Origin: an uncultured Elusimicrobia bacterium
GTDB taxonomy: Bacteria; Elusimicrobiota; Elusimicrobia; 2-01-FULL-59-12
Assembly: GCA_963702895.1 (NCBI GenBank)
Contig: OY969767.1
Coordinates: forward strand, 2,496,001-2,560,000
Direction of reading: 5' to 3'
Length of the DNA: 64,000 nucleotides
Part shown: positions 19,138 through 29,182 of the stretch, piece by piece
How positions within the stretch are numbered: position 1 is the first letter of the stretch
How the letters are laid out: the number at the start of each line of letters is the position of its first letter
Notes under the pieces: generated by a model
What the model saw: the letters and a program-made list of their open reading frames with translations, nothing else
Database searches by the model: none
What the model was told of the DNA's origin: nothing
Position numbers and translations under genes: made by a program

Positions 19138-20318
19138 GCCGGGCGCTCTGTCCCTTCGTTGAGGATTTTTAGATAGGGCTCATAGGCAAAGACGCGGTAG
19201 GTCTGCTTGCCGGTCAGTTCGCGCACGAGCCCAAGTTTCTCCAAATTGGCCATCGCTTTGTTGATGGCCGGATAGGACATCTTAAGCTCGCGCTGCGCCA
19301 CGACAGGCGCCACCAGGACCCGGCGCTGGAGTAGAGTATGGACGCGCTCGGCGGACAAACCGACCCGGCCTAAGGTTCGAATCTTGGTTTGATGCTCCTG
19401 AAACATCGCTGCGAGTCTTCGAGCGGTCTCGCTCGCTTGGTTTCCCACTTCTTCGATGCCCTTCAAGTAAAAAGCCAGCCATGCTTCCCAGCCGCCCTCG
19501 GTGCGAATTCCTTGCAGTGCGTCGTAGTATTCGGTCCGATGCGCCTTGAAGTAGAGACTCAGATAGAGCAACGGCGTGGATATGACGCCATCGGCCAGGA
19601 GGATCAAGGTGATCAACAAACGCCCCAAGCGCCCATTGCCGTCCAGGAATGGATGGATCGTCTCGAACTGCGGATGGGCCAGACCGGCCTTGATCACAGG
19701 TGAGGTCCTCACCGGATCGTCATGCAGAAATTTCTCCAGAGCAGACATCGCTGGGATCACTTCATGGGGAGGCGGCGGGACATAGCGGGCGTTGCCGGGC
19801 CGTGAGCCGCCAATCCAATTTTGAGAGCGGCGAAATTCGCCGGGTTCTTTATCGCTCCCTCGACCGCCCTTGAGCAGCACGTTGTGCATCTCGCGGAGAA
19901 GCCTCAAACTTAATGGGAACCCTTCCTGGATTCGCCGGATGCCGTACAGAAGAGCCGCCACGTAATTGGAGACTTCCTGAACGTCATTCACGGGCACGCC
20001 AGGGGCCGCTTCGTTTTCGAACAGCAGCAGCTCGGAGAGCGAAGATTGCGTCCCTTCTATCTGCGAAGAGAGGACCGCTTCTTTGCGGATATAGGAATAG
20101 AGGAAAAGATTGGGGTCAGGCAGGAGCGCCGTGACTCCGTCCAAGCGGCCAAGCGCCCGATTGGCCCGTTCGAGAAGATCCTGAAGCTCAGCGTCAAAAA
20201 TAATCGGGGGATGGGGCGGCAGGGGTGCGGGGATGAATACGCGATAGGATTCCTCCGGCATTGAAACCAGCTGCCAGTGGCCCGCCCGAAGATTTTCCGT
20301 CTTCTCTAATTCACTCAT
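19134..20318 (-). CDS. Fic-family protein with C-terminal HTH
   Basis: EAVLSSQIEGT; canonical HPFLDGNGRLGR. Confidence 0.92.
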   Translation of the reverse strand: MSELEKTENLRAGHWQLVSMPEESYRVFIPAPLPPHPPIIFDAELQDLLERANRALGRLDGVTALLPDPNLFLYSYIRKEAVLSSQIEGTQSSLSELLLFENEAAPGVPVNDVQEVSNYVAALLYGIRRIQEGFPLSLRLLREMHNVLLKGGRGSDKEPGEFRRSQNWIGGSRPGNARYVPPPPHEVIPAMSALEKFLHDDPVRTSPVIKAGLAHPQFETIHPFLDGNGRLGRLLITLILLADGVISTPLLYLSLYFKAHRTEYYDALQGIRTEGGWEAWLAFYLKGIEEVGNQASETARRLAAMFQEHQTKIRTLGRVGLSAERVHTLLQRRVLVAPVVAQRELKMSYPAINKAMANLEKLGLVRELTGKQTYRVFAYEPYLKILNEGTERPA

Positions 20319-20573
20319 ATATTTCTCATTAAGCGATACGGCTGTACCGCTTAATTATACATGAACTTATGAAATTCAGCTTAACTAAACATAATCGTAT
20401 CTATAAATAGAATTGGTTATCTATTCGTTAATTCTAGATTGACTCGAATCAACACCTCCGACCGCCTTCCTTCTTCAAATTTTCTAGGAACGAGGTATGA
20501 CGTGCCAGGGCTTGAAAGCCCTGAAGCATGCAGAAGATGTATGGTTGCCTGCCGATCAATCAGGAAATCAAAA

Positions 20574-20768
20574 TGGAGGGAGAGGTCCGCCGCACTCCCG
20601 GCGGATCCGCCGGACGTCTGGCGGAGATTCGTCCGCCACTGAGTCGCTGGCGGACCCGCCTACGTCTTAGTGGCGGGGAACCTTCGGTACGCCCTCCACT
20701 CACCTGGCGGGCGTCCGCCTGTAGTGTGGCGGACGGTTTCCCGCACAATGCTTTTCAAGAGCATCGCC
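20574..20768 (-). pseudogene. tRNA-Ser(UGA) 3' part carrying six inserted hairpins (partner of the 5' half at 38556-38594)
   Basis: Removing the hairpins gives GGCGATGCTCTTGAAAAGCATTGTGCGGGAAACCGTACCGAAGGTTCGAATCCCTCTCCCTCCA; 16 bp shared with 38556-38571. Confidence 0.85.
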
Positions 20769-20789
20769 TCGTGGCGCTTGTGTAGGTCG

Positions 20790-20852
20790 TGAGCGGAGGG
20801 AGAGGGATTCGAACCCCCGGTACAGTTTCCTGTACACCTGTTTTCAAGACAG
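20790..20852 (-). pseudogene. tRNA-Ser(UGA) 3' half, integrase-proximal att junction
   Basis: CTGTCTTGAAAACAGGTGTACAGGAAACTGTACCGGGGGTTCGAATCCCTCTCCCTCCG; 13-bp core shared with 37294-37306. Confidence 0.9.
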
Positions 20853-20957
20853 CTCACCCTCTGTTTCGACGGTTGCTTGATTCAGTTTGATTTATGGAAG
20901 AGAAACGCTGATTGGATTCGTCCCATTTCCATCTCCATTTACAGCCCGATTTACAAC

Positions 20958-22013
20958 TTATGCGATTACGGGTGGCTTTGGCAAGGTCAAAACCCCTTCG
21001 ATGTTGTGAATTTCATCGGTCAGGTCCTTCCTATCCAAGTGCCCGTAATGTTGCTCCGTGACGACCGAAGTGGAATGCCCCAATATCTTTGAAACCTTAT
21101 ATATCGGGGTACCCCCGCTCAGCATCCGTTGCGCGAATGTGTGACGCAGACAATGGAAAGTGAAATCCATCACTTGCGCATCCTTACAACAGTCCTTAAA
21201 CCATTCGCTAACTGTAGTGCAGTGAACGGCATCCAGCAAACGCGTCTCTGGATCTCGGCCAATGGCACGCTGAGACACGACTTCCGCCACTTCTCGCGTG
21301 AGTGGCACATGACGACTGCGCTGAGTCTTCGAATTCGGAACGAAGATGTAGGGCTCCGGGTAAGGGATGAAATCTCTGACCCTTGTCGCCCATATTTCCC
21401 CGATCCGCATTCCGGTATGAATCGCGATGACGTAGTAAGGCCAGAGCCGTGTATGCTTTGCCACGATCGGCGTTAGCCTTTTTTCCTCATCAGGTGATAG
21501 ATACCGGACTCGCGCTTTCGGAACTTTGGCCATCGGGACACCCCAAGCGGGATTGTCTCCGAAATACATCCGGCGTTTCTTGACCCAATTGATAATCGCC
21601 TTTAATCCGGCGTGATACCGGTTCACGCTGTTCAGCGAAATGTGGGGGCTCGAAATGCCGGGGATTGTCTTTTCGACAAACCTACGGAAACCCTCCACAT
21701 CTTTTGGGCCTATGTCTCGTATGCGCCGATTGCCGAAGTAACGCTTTATCCCCTTGATGTATGCCCTATCTCCCTTCCAAGTCCTCTTAAAGGGCCGGGC
21801 GTATTCATCAAAGAACTCGTCACAGGCATCACTCAACTTCAAGTTATCGTTGCCCAATTGGCCTGTCGCCATGCGCTTGAGCATTTCTGACTTCTTGTGT
21901 GTCTCCGCTTTTGCGGCATTACCGCGCGTCTTGTAGCCTTGCTTCCATTTCGTCTGTTTGCCGACTTGGAAGCGGTAACACCATTCTCCGCTTGGCAGTT
22001 GTCTGACCGACAT
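20958..22013 (-). CDS. Tyrosine integrase
   Basis: TGMRIGE, HCLRH, LGH and HY catalytic set; N-terminal arm-binding-like segment. Confidence 0.95.
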   Translation of the reverse strand: MSVRQLPSGEWCYRFQVGKQTKWKQGYKTRGNAAKAETHKKSEMLKRMATGQLGNDNLKLSDACDEFFDEYARPFKRTWKGDRAYIKGIKRYFGNRRIRDIGPKDVEGFRRFVEKTIPGISSPHISLNSVNRYHAGLKAIINWVKKRRMYFGDNPAWGVPMAKVPKARVRYLSPDEEKRLTPIVAKHTRLWPYYVIAIHTGMRIGEIWATRVRDFIPYPEPYIFVPNSKTQRSRHVPLTREVAEVVSQRAIGRDPETRLLDAVHCTTVSEWFKDCCKDAQVMDFTFHCLRHTFAQRMLSGGTPIYKVSKILGHSTSVVTEQHYGHLDRKDLTDEIHNIEGVLTLPKPPVIA

Positions 22014-22051
22014 TTAAGCCTCCTGTCGGCCAAACCTACCGCACGGGTACA

Positions 22052-22261
22052 TTATAGATCCCATTTGAGATTGTGTGGGTTGTTGGCCGCGAGCCATTTC
22101 TCAATATCAATTCGACGAAAAATGACCCTTCTACCGACATGAATGAACGGAATTCGCGCATTACTGGTCATTTTTCGGATCGTTGACTTCTTAATCCGAA
22201 GCAATTCAGCCAACTCCGTAACGTTCAAGAAATCTCGCGGACTCTCAATCGGTGTCGTCAT
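22052..22261 (-). CDS. Excisionase-like HTH protein
   Basis: FLNVTELAELLRIKKSTI...IPFIHVGRRVIFRRIDIEKWL. Confidence 0.88.
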   Translation of the reverse strand: MTTPIESPRDFLNVTELAELLRIKKSTIRKMTSNARIPFIHVGRRVIFRRIDIEKWLAANNPHNLKWDL

Positions 22262-22297
22262 AAGATTATTTTTCAAAAACAAACCCAATCGAAGCCC

Positions 22298-22963
22298 TTA
22301 TTCATCGCTTGGCTCCGAGCCGTGTGTCTCATCCGCAGAATCAGGAGACCGAGCATACTCCGGCCCTTTTCTTCTGGCCTGTAACCGTTCCAGTTCATGG
22401 ATGCACCTGAGGAGCTTCCGTTCGATGCTCGTTTCATACTGGGATAGCAGTTGAAGGCTCTCCTGCACTGTCTGGAATGAAAGACCGGGCACAACATCTG
22501 CTCCCCCAGTCATTCGGCTGAGGCGGTCGATCTGTTTCTGAGCACGCGCCTTTCCCTCTGGGTCAAGAATCTGCTCGAATGGCTCACATAATTTATCCTC
22601 CATGGGGTTCACTATTGCGACATATCGCTTCGCTTTTTCCCGTGCCTCTACCAGCCATTGCGTCAAAAGGCCTCTCATCAAAAGTCCATGTTCCGCATTT
22701 TCTGACCGTCGGAGCCTCCACATCAAACTCGCGACTCTATCAGTCATGAATTGTTCCATGGAACCCTCCGGCTTGTATAAATGATGGACCCCTTCGCTCA
22801 GTTGTTCACATTCTTGGGGATCTTCGTTCGGCAGGACTGCACGTTCCGATGTAAGGCCGTGCTTCAAGGCATTCCTCGCGATAATTGCTTTGCCCGCCAG
22901 ACTTTTTACACCTCCTGCTTTCGCATTGATCCGATTGGCTTGATTTTGCTTTTCAGTGGCCAT
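22298..22963 (-). CDS. Hypothetical mobile-element protein
   Basis: MATEKQNQANRINA...ARNALKHGL...WRLRR pattern; GGGGG RBS. Confidence 0.7.
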   Translation of the reverse strand: MATEKQNQANRINAKAGGVKSLAGKAIIARNALKHGLTSERAVLPNEDPQECEQLSEGVHHLYKPEGSMEQFMTDRVASLMWRLRRSENAEHGLLMRGLLTQWLVEAREKAKRYVAIVNPMEDKLCEPFEQILDPEGKARAQKQIDRLSRMTGGADVVPGLSFQTVQESLQLLSQYETSIERKLLRCIHELERLQARRKGPEYARSPDSADETHGSEPSDE

Positions 22964-25445
22964 ACTGACCCCCCCTTTGGACTTCAAATAGTGAAGGCTG
23001 TGAACTTGGTGAACCATTTTCGACGTGCTCAGGATTAGGGATGTCCGTTTCTCGGGGTCCATTAAGTACAACATCGGGCTGGCCGAGGTTCACAGGGTTC
23101 ACAGGTTCACTGAGTGAAATGAGTTTCCACTGCTTTGCCCGTTGCTTTGATCCGGCCAGTAGCACACGGAATTCATCGAATTGCCGGTCACGGAGTTTCA
23201 TGAGTTCTTGACCCATCTTGGTTCGACGGCTTTTCTCCTGACCCAGTCCAAGGTTTATGGGTTCTTCCAACTTCTCGTTCAGATCAAAGAGTTCCGCCAC
23301 CCCTACCTCAGCGTCGCCATGGACTTCCCACCACCTCTGTATAAATCCCCGTAAGATGTTGCCTTCCTCATCAGATGCGCCGTAGAAGTCGTTGAGATTG
23401 CCAAGGAATCCGGGCACACCGGCAACCGATAGGACTCCACCCATGGTCTTTGACCAAGATTCGAACATTCCCAGACTTACACCCTTGAAAGGAGGCCTTC
23501 CTTGAGCGATCCACCCCTGAATGATGGTCAGAGCGGCCCAGATAATCTGCGGACGCTTTTCTCTTGCCCAGCACATAAGGTCTGGATGTCGAAATCTGTC
23601 GCGCAACCATGGGCGGTCAGCTTTGGCATCCATTCTTATTCTGATCGAGCGGCGGGACATTTCGTTGGATAAAGCTGGATTATTTCCATTGGCAACCCAA
23701 GCGCATCTCACTGGCAAGGAGATGACTTTTGAGAACCCTAGAATCCGATCCTCCCAACAAGGCGAAGTGATGGCTGACGCGAGTGCGGACGAGTCCAGCC
23801 GTCTTCTGATGTTGTCGATGAGCAGGATGTCGGGTCTTTCCATGAGTTTTGACGTGAGTCTTTTTCGCCATTCGTCAGAATCCCTCCCCTCACTCATAGT
23901 CGATACGGGCCGACCCAGAGAAGCAAACGCCACAGCGTTGATCAGAAGCGTTTTCCCAGTTCCGGGCGATGGGGCTTCTACGAGGTGAAGCGGTGTCGCT
24001 CCATTAATCAGATCCCTCGCAAATGGAAGCAACAAAAGCGCAAACGCATGGGCACGCTCCGCCTCTCCTGTAAACGGGAACTCCCCGATCAGTTCATCTA
24101 GGATCAGGCCGCGAGCTCCTTGCAGTTCGTCATGGCTCGGTACTGCGGCGACCTCAGGAATCTCTCTGGGATCAGAATGAAAAAGGTATGTCTGGCTTGC
24201 TGGGTGGTAGCCAGATGATGTTTGCAATAGCCCTTCCGGAGAAAATACCGGAGCTTCCACGATGCGGGTCAATATTGGCAGGGGTAATTCGGGAGATGCC
24301 AGCATGTCTTTGACAACATGCATCGGAGGTAGCACGGGATAGACTTCTCCTTGGTAAACGCGATACCAATCCGCAGAGCGAGCCAAAACATGCCGCATCT
24401 TGTCCTGAACCAATTCCCTCAAACGCGGGTATCCCTTATCGTCTTTTTCGATTCGAACCGGCAGACCTCCTGAGCGGAACAGTGTGGGGGGCCGATTGAA
24501 TTGCTCAACCGCTTCCCATGCCAAAGGCGTAATTCTCTTGAGTTCAAAGTCTCCTGCATCGATGTGCGGAAGTGAATCAGCGCTCTTGCCGATCTCATGA
24601 GAGACTATAGGCAACATTAAGGCCTCTGCTGAATCTCGCGCCGCAGAAAAGCGGCTTGAGAACTCATTGGGATATTTAAGATGCAGGTCGCTGAGGTCCT
24701 TGGCATCACTCAGCTTGATTAGTTTGAGGATTCCATGCCATTCAAGGTTCTGCACACGGGAGGAAATCCCATCGGCAAATACCTCGCCGCCTCTATCGGG
24801 CTCTTGGATCACACAGAGTTCCTCGAACGCCCGGATATGTTCAGCGTTAAGCTTTTTGGCCATATCGGCACCCGGAAGTCCCAGCACGGGCAATTGATGA
24901 AACCAACCCGTTAAGACATCGGTCTCGCCTTCTACGAGCACCAGATACTTCTCAGATGCAAATTCTTGCAACCTCCACAGCCCGTATGGAACCGATGACC
25001 CTGACCCACTCGACCACCTACTCCCTTCCTTGGCAACTAAGGAAGTCCGAATCCTCTGGCGGGAGGCTTTACTGCCGTCCATCAATCGATAGGTTATTCT
25101 TGCGCCCTTGAATGGAATATCCTCCACGCCGTGTTGTCTAAGAAACTGCGAAGGCAGGTGCTTGTGCTGGGCAATCGCCTCTACAGTTACCAGCACCCGG
25201 TGCTTCGGTTCTGTGGTAGGGACTTGGGCAAAGAGCGTTTCTAACGGAAGTCTTAACGCTTTGCGAATGTTCTCAAAGGGGCACCCCGCAAAGCATTTGA
25301 AAAGGATTTTCCCATCGTTCCCAATCCCGACTGATAGGCTCTGTTGTCGGTCCTCGTGCGACGGACAAAGTGCAGTCCACTGGGATTCTCCGTTCTTTTT
25401 GACACCTTTGAGGCGAGACAACACAAGTTCGACACTCATTGCCAT
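22953..25445 (-). CDS. Primase-helicase-like replication protein (Zn finger, TOPRIM, P-loop ATPase)
   Basis: CPSHED...CFAGC; LVEGETD, EPD; SPGTGKT, LLIDN. Confidence 0.85.
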   Translation of the reverse strand: MAMSVELVLSRLKGVKKNGESQWTALCPSHEDRQQSLSVGIGNDGKILFKCFAGCPFENIRKALRLPLETLFAQVPTTEPKHRVLVTVEAIAQHKHLPSQFLRQHGVEDIPFKGARITYRLMDGSKASRQRIRTSLVAKEGSRWSSGSGSSVPYGLWRLQEFASEKYLVLVEGETDVLTGWFHQLPVLGLPGADMAKKLNAEHIRAFEELCVIQEPDRGGEVFADGISSRVQNLEWHGILKLIKLSDAKDLSDLHLKYPNEFSSRFSAARDSAEALMLPIVSHEIGKSADSLPHIDAGDFELKRITPLAWEAVEQFNRPPTLFRSGGLPVRIEKDDKGYPRLRELVQDKMRHVLARSADWYRVYQGEVYPVLPPMHVVKDMLASPELPLPILTRIVEAPVFSPEGLLQTSSGYHPASQTYLFHSDPREIPEVAAVPSHDELQGARGLILDELIGEFPFTGEAERAHAFALLLLPFARDLINGATPLHLVEAPSPGTGKTLLINAVAFASLGRPVSTMSEGRDSDEWRKRLTSKLMERPDILLIDNIRRRLDSSALASAITSPCWEDRILGFSKVISLPVRCAWVANGNNPALSNEMSRRSIRIRMDAKADRPWLRDRFRHPDLMCWAREKRPQIIWAALTIIQGWIAQGRPPFKGVSLGMFESWSKTMGGVLSVAGVPGFLGNLNDFYGASDEEGNILRGFIQRWWEVHGDAEVGVAELFDLNEKLEEPINLGLGQEKSRRTKMGQELMKLRDRQFDEFRVLLAGSKQRAKQWKLISLSEPVNPVNLGQPDVVLNGPRETDIPNPEHVENGSPSSQPSLFEVQRGGQYGH

Positions 25446-25466
25446 ACCTCTTGAAGGTAATGTCGA

Positions 25467-25733
25467 TTATTTCGATGCCAAGGGGCTATTTCCATATCCA
25501 TCGCTCCTATGAATGAGATCTTTGATTCGTCTTTGTGAGTCAGAGAAATCGCGAATGTTGCCCACAAGGTCGCCGCGCAGGAAGGCCTCAATCAGACTTG
25601 CGGCTTGGTCAGATGACTTAAATTGGAAATGACATACGCCGCGATCCCGCAGAACGGTAATCAGCGGAATGCGAAACGCGAGAAGAAGCGCGGCTTCGTT
25701 AAAATCTTTCGTGGAGAAGGGTTGCATGTTCAT
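25467..25733 (-). CDS. Small hypothetical protein (DUF5659-like)
   Basis: 'TKDFNEAALL' pattern; directly upstream of the primase. Confidence 0.55.
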   Translation of the reverse strand: MNMQPFSTKDFNEAALLLAFRIPLITVLRDRGVCHFQFKSSDQAASLIEAFLRGDLVGNIRDFSDSQRRIKDLIHRSDGYGNSPLASK

Positions 25734-25823
25734 TCCATGTGATGCTTTGCATGGAATTATTATGCGGAATGCAAATTACCCGAAAGGGCGTATACGCCCT
25801 TTATGCGATGGAAATTAGGTAAT

Positions 25824-26324
25824 TTATTTCTGGGATAGGATCTTGCGAATAGTGTTTCCGCTAAGGCAAGGGAATGACTCACCACTCTCGGCTGAAAGAT
25901 TCAGATTATGATCTTCGAGTCGATCCGTCAGGATGCGAGCGGCTTCACGTCTTGTTATTTTCGAGTTGTGTGTTTTCATCTCATCGAATTGGTTCCAGAG
26001 CCATTGATGTAGTGCTTTGGATCTTTGTCTTCTGCGAGGCTTCTGAGTTGCAGATCTGTATTTGGATTTGACTTGTCCGTGCACCTTCCTTAGCTGTCGA
26101 GTCGTTCTATCAAGCTTGCTATAGGGGAAGAACCGCTCCCCTTGTTTCTCCTTCGCTTCATAGGATCTCCACACCGATGCGACGTGCTTTTGCACTTCAC
26201 GCAAACTCCAAATCAAAGGAATCTTTAGAACAATTCGTTTCTGCTTCCCGGATGCTTCCTCATGTACAGAGAATGAAGTTGGGGGAAGTGGTCGATACGA
26301 TTCCTTTGATTTATCCATTTCCAT
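25824..26324 (-). CDS. Hypothetical basic protein
   Basis: ORF on the island strand; C-terminal helix 'SGNTIRKIL'; start uncertain. Confidence 0.45.
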   Translation of the reverse strand: MEMDKSKESYRPLPPTSFSVHEEASGKQKRIVLKIPLIWSLREVQKHVASVWRSYEAKEKQGERFFPYSKLDRTTRQLRKVHGQVKSKYRSATQKPRRRQRSKALHQWLWNQFDEMKTHNSKITRREAARILTDRLEDHNLNLSAESGESFPCLSGNTIRKILSQK

Positions 26325-26355
26325 GTCAATACTTGCTAGACGAGCTAAGCCGGTG

Positions 26356-29166
26356 TCACTCCTCCTCAAATTCGGCGATATTGAATCGCAAGGTGTTGGC
26401 ATTTTCCTGAACGATTCGGCGGGTGGAGTCCGAGACTCCGCCGGGTGACTCGGCCTCGATCTCCATCGTAATCTTGACCTTGGTTCCGTACTGGCTGGTG
26501 AAATGCTGAACGACCTCATCAGCGATCCGAGCGGCCTCGATCCCCATCTTGACCGGATCGAGGGGCACGGAACCGTGGAACCGCTTCATTGGCTTGGATT
26601 GAGGAGCTGATGTGCCCGGCAATCCCCCGGCGATTGGAGTCTTTCCACTTGGTGTGACCTCTGGTGTGGAAGGGGCTGTACCGTCCTTGACCATCCCGGC
26701 CTGCCGAGCGAGGGCTTCTCTCTCAATCTGGGCTTTGGCGGCGACCGGGTTGATGAGAATGCTGACCTCATCCTTGTAAACCGTGCCCTGTTTTCCGAAC
26801 AGGAGTCCCAAGTACCGTCCATCCTCTTTCCCGGTTGCGAAGGCGAAAAAGTCCTGACTGCCTATCCCGGCAGAAATCGTTTCAAAGAGCACATGGGTAT
26901 CCACAAGGCGAGGTAAGTATGGATAACAGCAAACCGCTTTCCACACTTCCTTGACGGTAACCTCCGGGCGGTCATCCTTCCAGAACCACTCCCGGAGCAT
27001 ATCGCGCAGATGAATTGGTGACCACCGGGGATAGATGAACTCATTTTCGACGCAGAGCTTCTCTATCGCTTCCATCGGATTGGACCCGGCGGATTGAAGG
27101 CTCTTTTCCCCCCAGAACACATCCTTGGCTCCACCCTTCGAATTGGCTTCCTGCGCCGGAACCAGAACCCATCTGTACACTTCCTTCACGGCGGCGCTGA
27201 CCCTGCCGTCAGCCTCATCCCGGTTGTCCTTCGATTCCTTGATCTGGTGCTGATCCAGATTCAGAAGCGCCGTGTCATTGACGATGCTGTCCCACGCCAT
27301 AAACCTTTTGACCTGATCCCAAAGGTGGGTGCTCGCATCCTCGTCCGCCGCCAAAAAGACGAGCCTGTTCTGGTTCTGGCGTGGCTGTTGACCTCTCTGC
27401 GTGTTGATCGTGGAAGCGGCATCCACGGCCCTCGATTTCGGAGTCTTGCCACGGTGCGGCGCGGCTGGCGACAAAACGACAAGCCGTACGGATTCGTCGT
27501 CCGGGATGTCCTCATGTCCCGTGAAAACATGGACTCCCGAAAAGGGACCGCCCCGGACAAGATTCCGCACACGATTCTGTATCTCCGGGATCAGATGCTC
27601 GTCCCGTTGGAACCGGGACAGCCTGTCCTCCATCTCACGCCTCAAATTCGGACGAGTGTCGTACCAATACCTGTCGTTCCCGGTGTAGAGATGATGAAGC
27701 TGGTCCTCCAAATGCTTCAAGGCATCGTCATATCGTCCGATCTGTTGTCCGGGCTGGGCACATCCCAGCCGCACGCGCTGGGCATTCACGCCCCGCACTC
27801 TCTGGGCCGCGACCGACGGAGCGCTTCCCAAGAAGATCGTCCGGGCGACGCGCCGCGCCGCCTGCACGCTCCCTCCAAGGGGGTTTTTCTTGTCCATTTC
27901 GGTGGGTACAGCTTCATCGCCATCAATATCGTTCTCAATGACTGCGTCCCAACCCTGTGGGAGATACCGATTCAGTTCATTGTCCACCTGCGGATCATAA
28001 AGCGGAAACGAGCCGGGCATAACGAGCAGGTCTGTGTTCCCATCAGCCCAAAGCCGATGAATGACCATCGCCATGAGCCGGAGTACGCCTCGCGTGCGCT
28101 GAAAGTGTTCAAGGCTGGCCCAATCCTTGTATAAGCGCTCAAAGACTTCCGGGTGGATCGGGTAGGAATCCGTCAGTTGGGTCAGGTAGGCGGCTTCAAC
28201 GGTTTCAGATGGAAATTGCCCCTTGTTCTCGACGTATAGATCAGCAAAAGCGCGGGAGACGGCATCCCTCGTCTTTGTGTCTTTGATCTTTCCAAAAAGC
28301 CGTCGCCGGACGATCTCAAACCCTTCATGCGTTGCCACGGGCTTCCAAATGGCTTCCTTGCGGCCAAAAATCTTCTGGATTTGCGCGAGCGCGACCTTCC
28401 CTCTCTCGCCACCGACTTCCATATCCGATTCTGGTAGCGATGCCAAGAGCACCATGTTGGTCTGCTCCGCCGACTCCGTCAAAGCCTGAAAAAATGACAG
28501 GTTCGAGTCAAAAGTCCCGCCAGAATACTGTTTGCCATCCTCAAACTGGCGGAGGTATGCCACGGTTTCGTCAATGAGAACGACGCATGGAGAGTATTTC
28601 GTGAACAGCTCGACCAATACTTTCTTGCCCGGCGATGTCCCGTCACGGTCAGATGCTTCGACCAACTTGTAACCCTGATCGCCACCCAGTTGCCATCCCA
28701 GCTCCCCCCAAAGTGTTTTAACTTCAACGCCATCGCGCTTTCTTGTGTGAGACGGACTGAGAGCGTTTCCGTCAATGATGGCAACCCGCGCACGGGGAGA
28801 TTCTTTTATGCCAGCTTGGTCCAAAATCTTTGGGATTCCGGCCAGCTCCTTGGCCGGGCGTTTGGATGTCACCAAGTGATAGACAGCGAGCATGGCGTGA
28901 GTTTTTCCGCCGCCGAACGCGGTTTGGAGCCGGATCACCGGATCACCACCCTTGCCTGCCAGCCTGCGTAGAACGCTATCGAGAAGCAGGTGCATTCCCT
29001 CGGTAATGAACGTCCGATCAAAAAAGGTTGCTGGGTCTTGGTATTCCGGGGAGGCTTTTCCTTCGGCGACCTTACTGAGGTCTGCGGCGAACTCAGACTC
29101 CTGAAAAGTCCCTTCAAGCACATCGCTGTTAGGTGGTATCACGTCTCGCCACGGTTTAAGGCTCAT
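26356..29166 (-). CDS. DUF499 AAA+ ATPase
   Basis: [32 protein letters not shown] and [12 protein letters not shown]. Confidence 0.92.
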   Translation of the reverse strand: MSLKPWRDVIPPNSDVLEGTFQESEFAADLSKVAEGKASPEYQDPATFFDRTFITEGMHLLLDSVLRRLAGKGGDPVIRLQTAFGGGKTHAMLAVYHLVTSKRPAKELAGIPKILDQAGIKESPRARVAIIDGNALSPSHTRKRDGVEVKTLWGELGWQLGGDQGYKLVEASDRDGTSPGKKVLVELFTKYSPCVVLIDETVAYLRQFEDGKQYSGGTFDSNLSFFQALTESAEQTNMVLLASLPESDMEVGGERGKVALAQIQKIFGRKEAIWKPVATHEGFEIVRRRLFGKIKDTKTRDAVSRAFADLYVENKGQFPSETVEAAYLTQLTDSYPIHPEVFERLYKDWASLEHFQRTRGVLRLMAMVIHRLWADGNTDLLVMPGSFPLYDPQVDNELNRYLPQGWDAVIENDIDGDEAVPTEMDKKNPLGGSVQAARRVARTIFLGSAPSVAAQRVRGVNAQRVRLGCAQPGQQIGRYDDALKHLEDQLHHLYTGNDRYWYDTRPNLRREMEDRLSRFQRDEHLIPEIQNRVRNLVRGGPFSGVHVFTGHEDIPDDESVRLVVLSPAAPHRGKTPKSRAVDAASTINTQRGQQPRQNQNRLVFLAADEDASTHLWDQVKRFMAWDSIVNDTALLNLDQHQIKESKDNRDEADGRVSAAVKEVYRWVLVPAQEANSKGGAKDVFWGEKSLQSAGSNPMEAIEKLCVENEFIYPRWSPIHLRDMLREWFWKDDRPEVTVKEVWKAVCCYPYLPRLVDTHVLFETISAGIGSQDFFAFATGKEDGRYLGLLFGKQGTVYKDEVSILINPVAAKAQIEREALARQAGMVKDGTAPSTPEVTPSGKTPIAGGLPGTSAPQSKPMKRFHGSVPLDPVKMGIEAARIADEVVQHFTSQYGTKVKITMEIEAESPGGVSDSTRRIVQENANTLRFNIAEFEEE

Positions 29167-29182
29167 AAGTTTGCTCCCGCTC

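Noticed and set aside
20586..20733. Hairpin clusters read as a CRISPR array
   Set aside because: Units are self-complementary 20-23-mers with no constant repeat-spacer period, no cas genes are present, and the sequence between them is tRNA.
20958..22013. Classical integron integrase with attC cassettes
   Set aside because: No IntI-type insertion was recognised, it has an adjacent excisionase, and the inter-cassette sites are tRNA relics rather than RYYYAAC...GTTRRRY sites.
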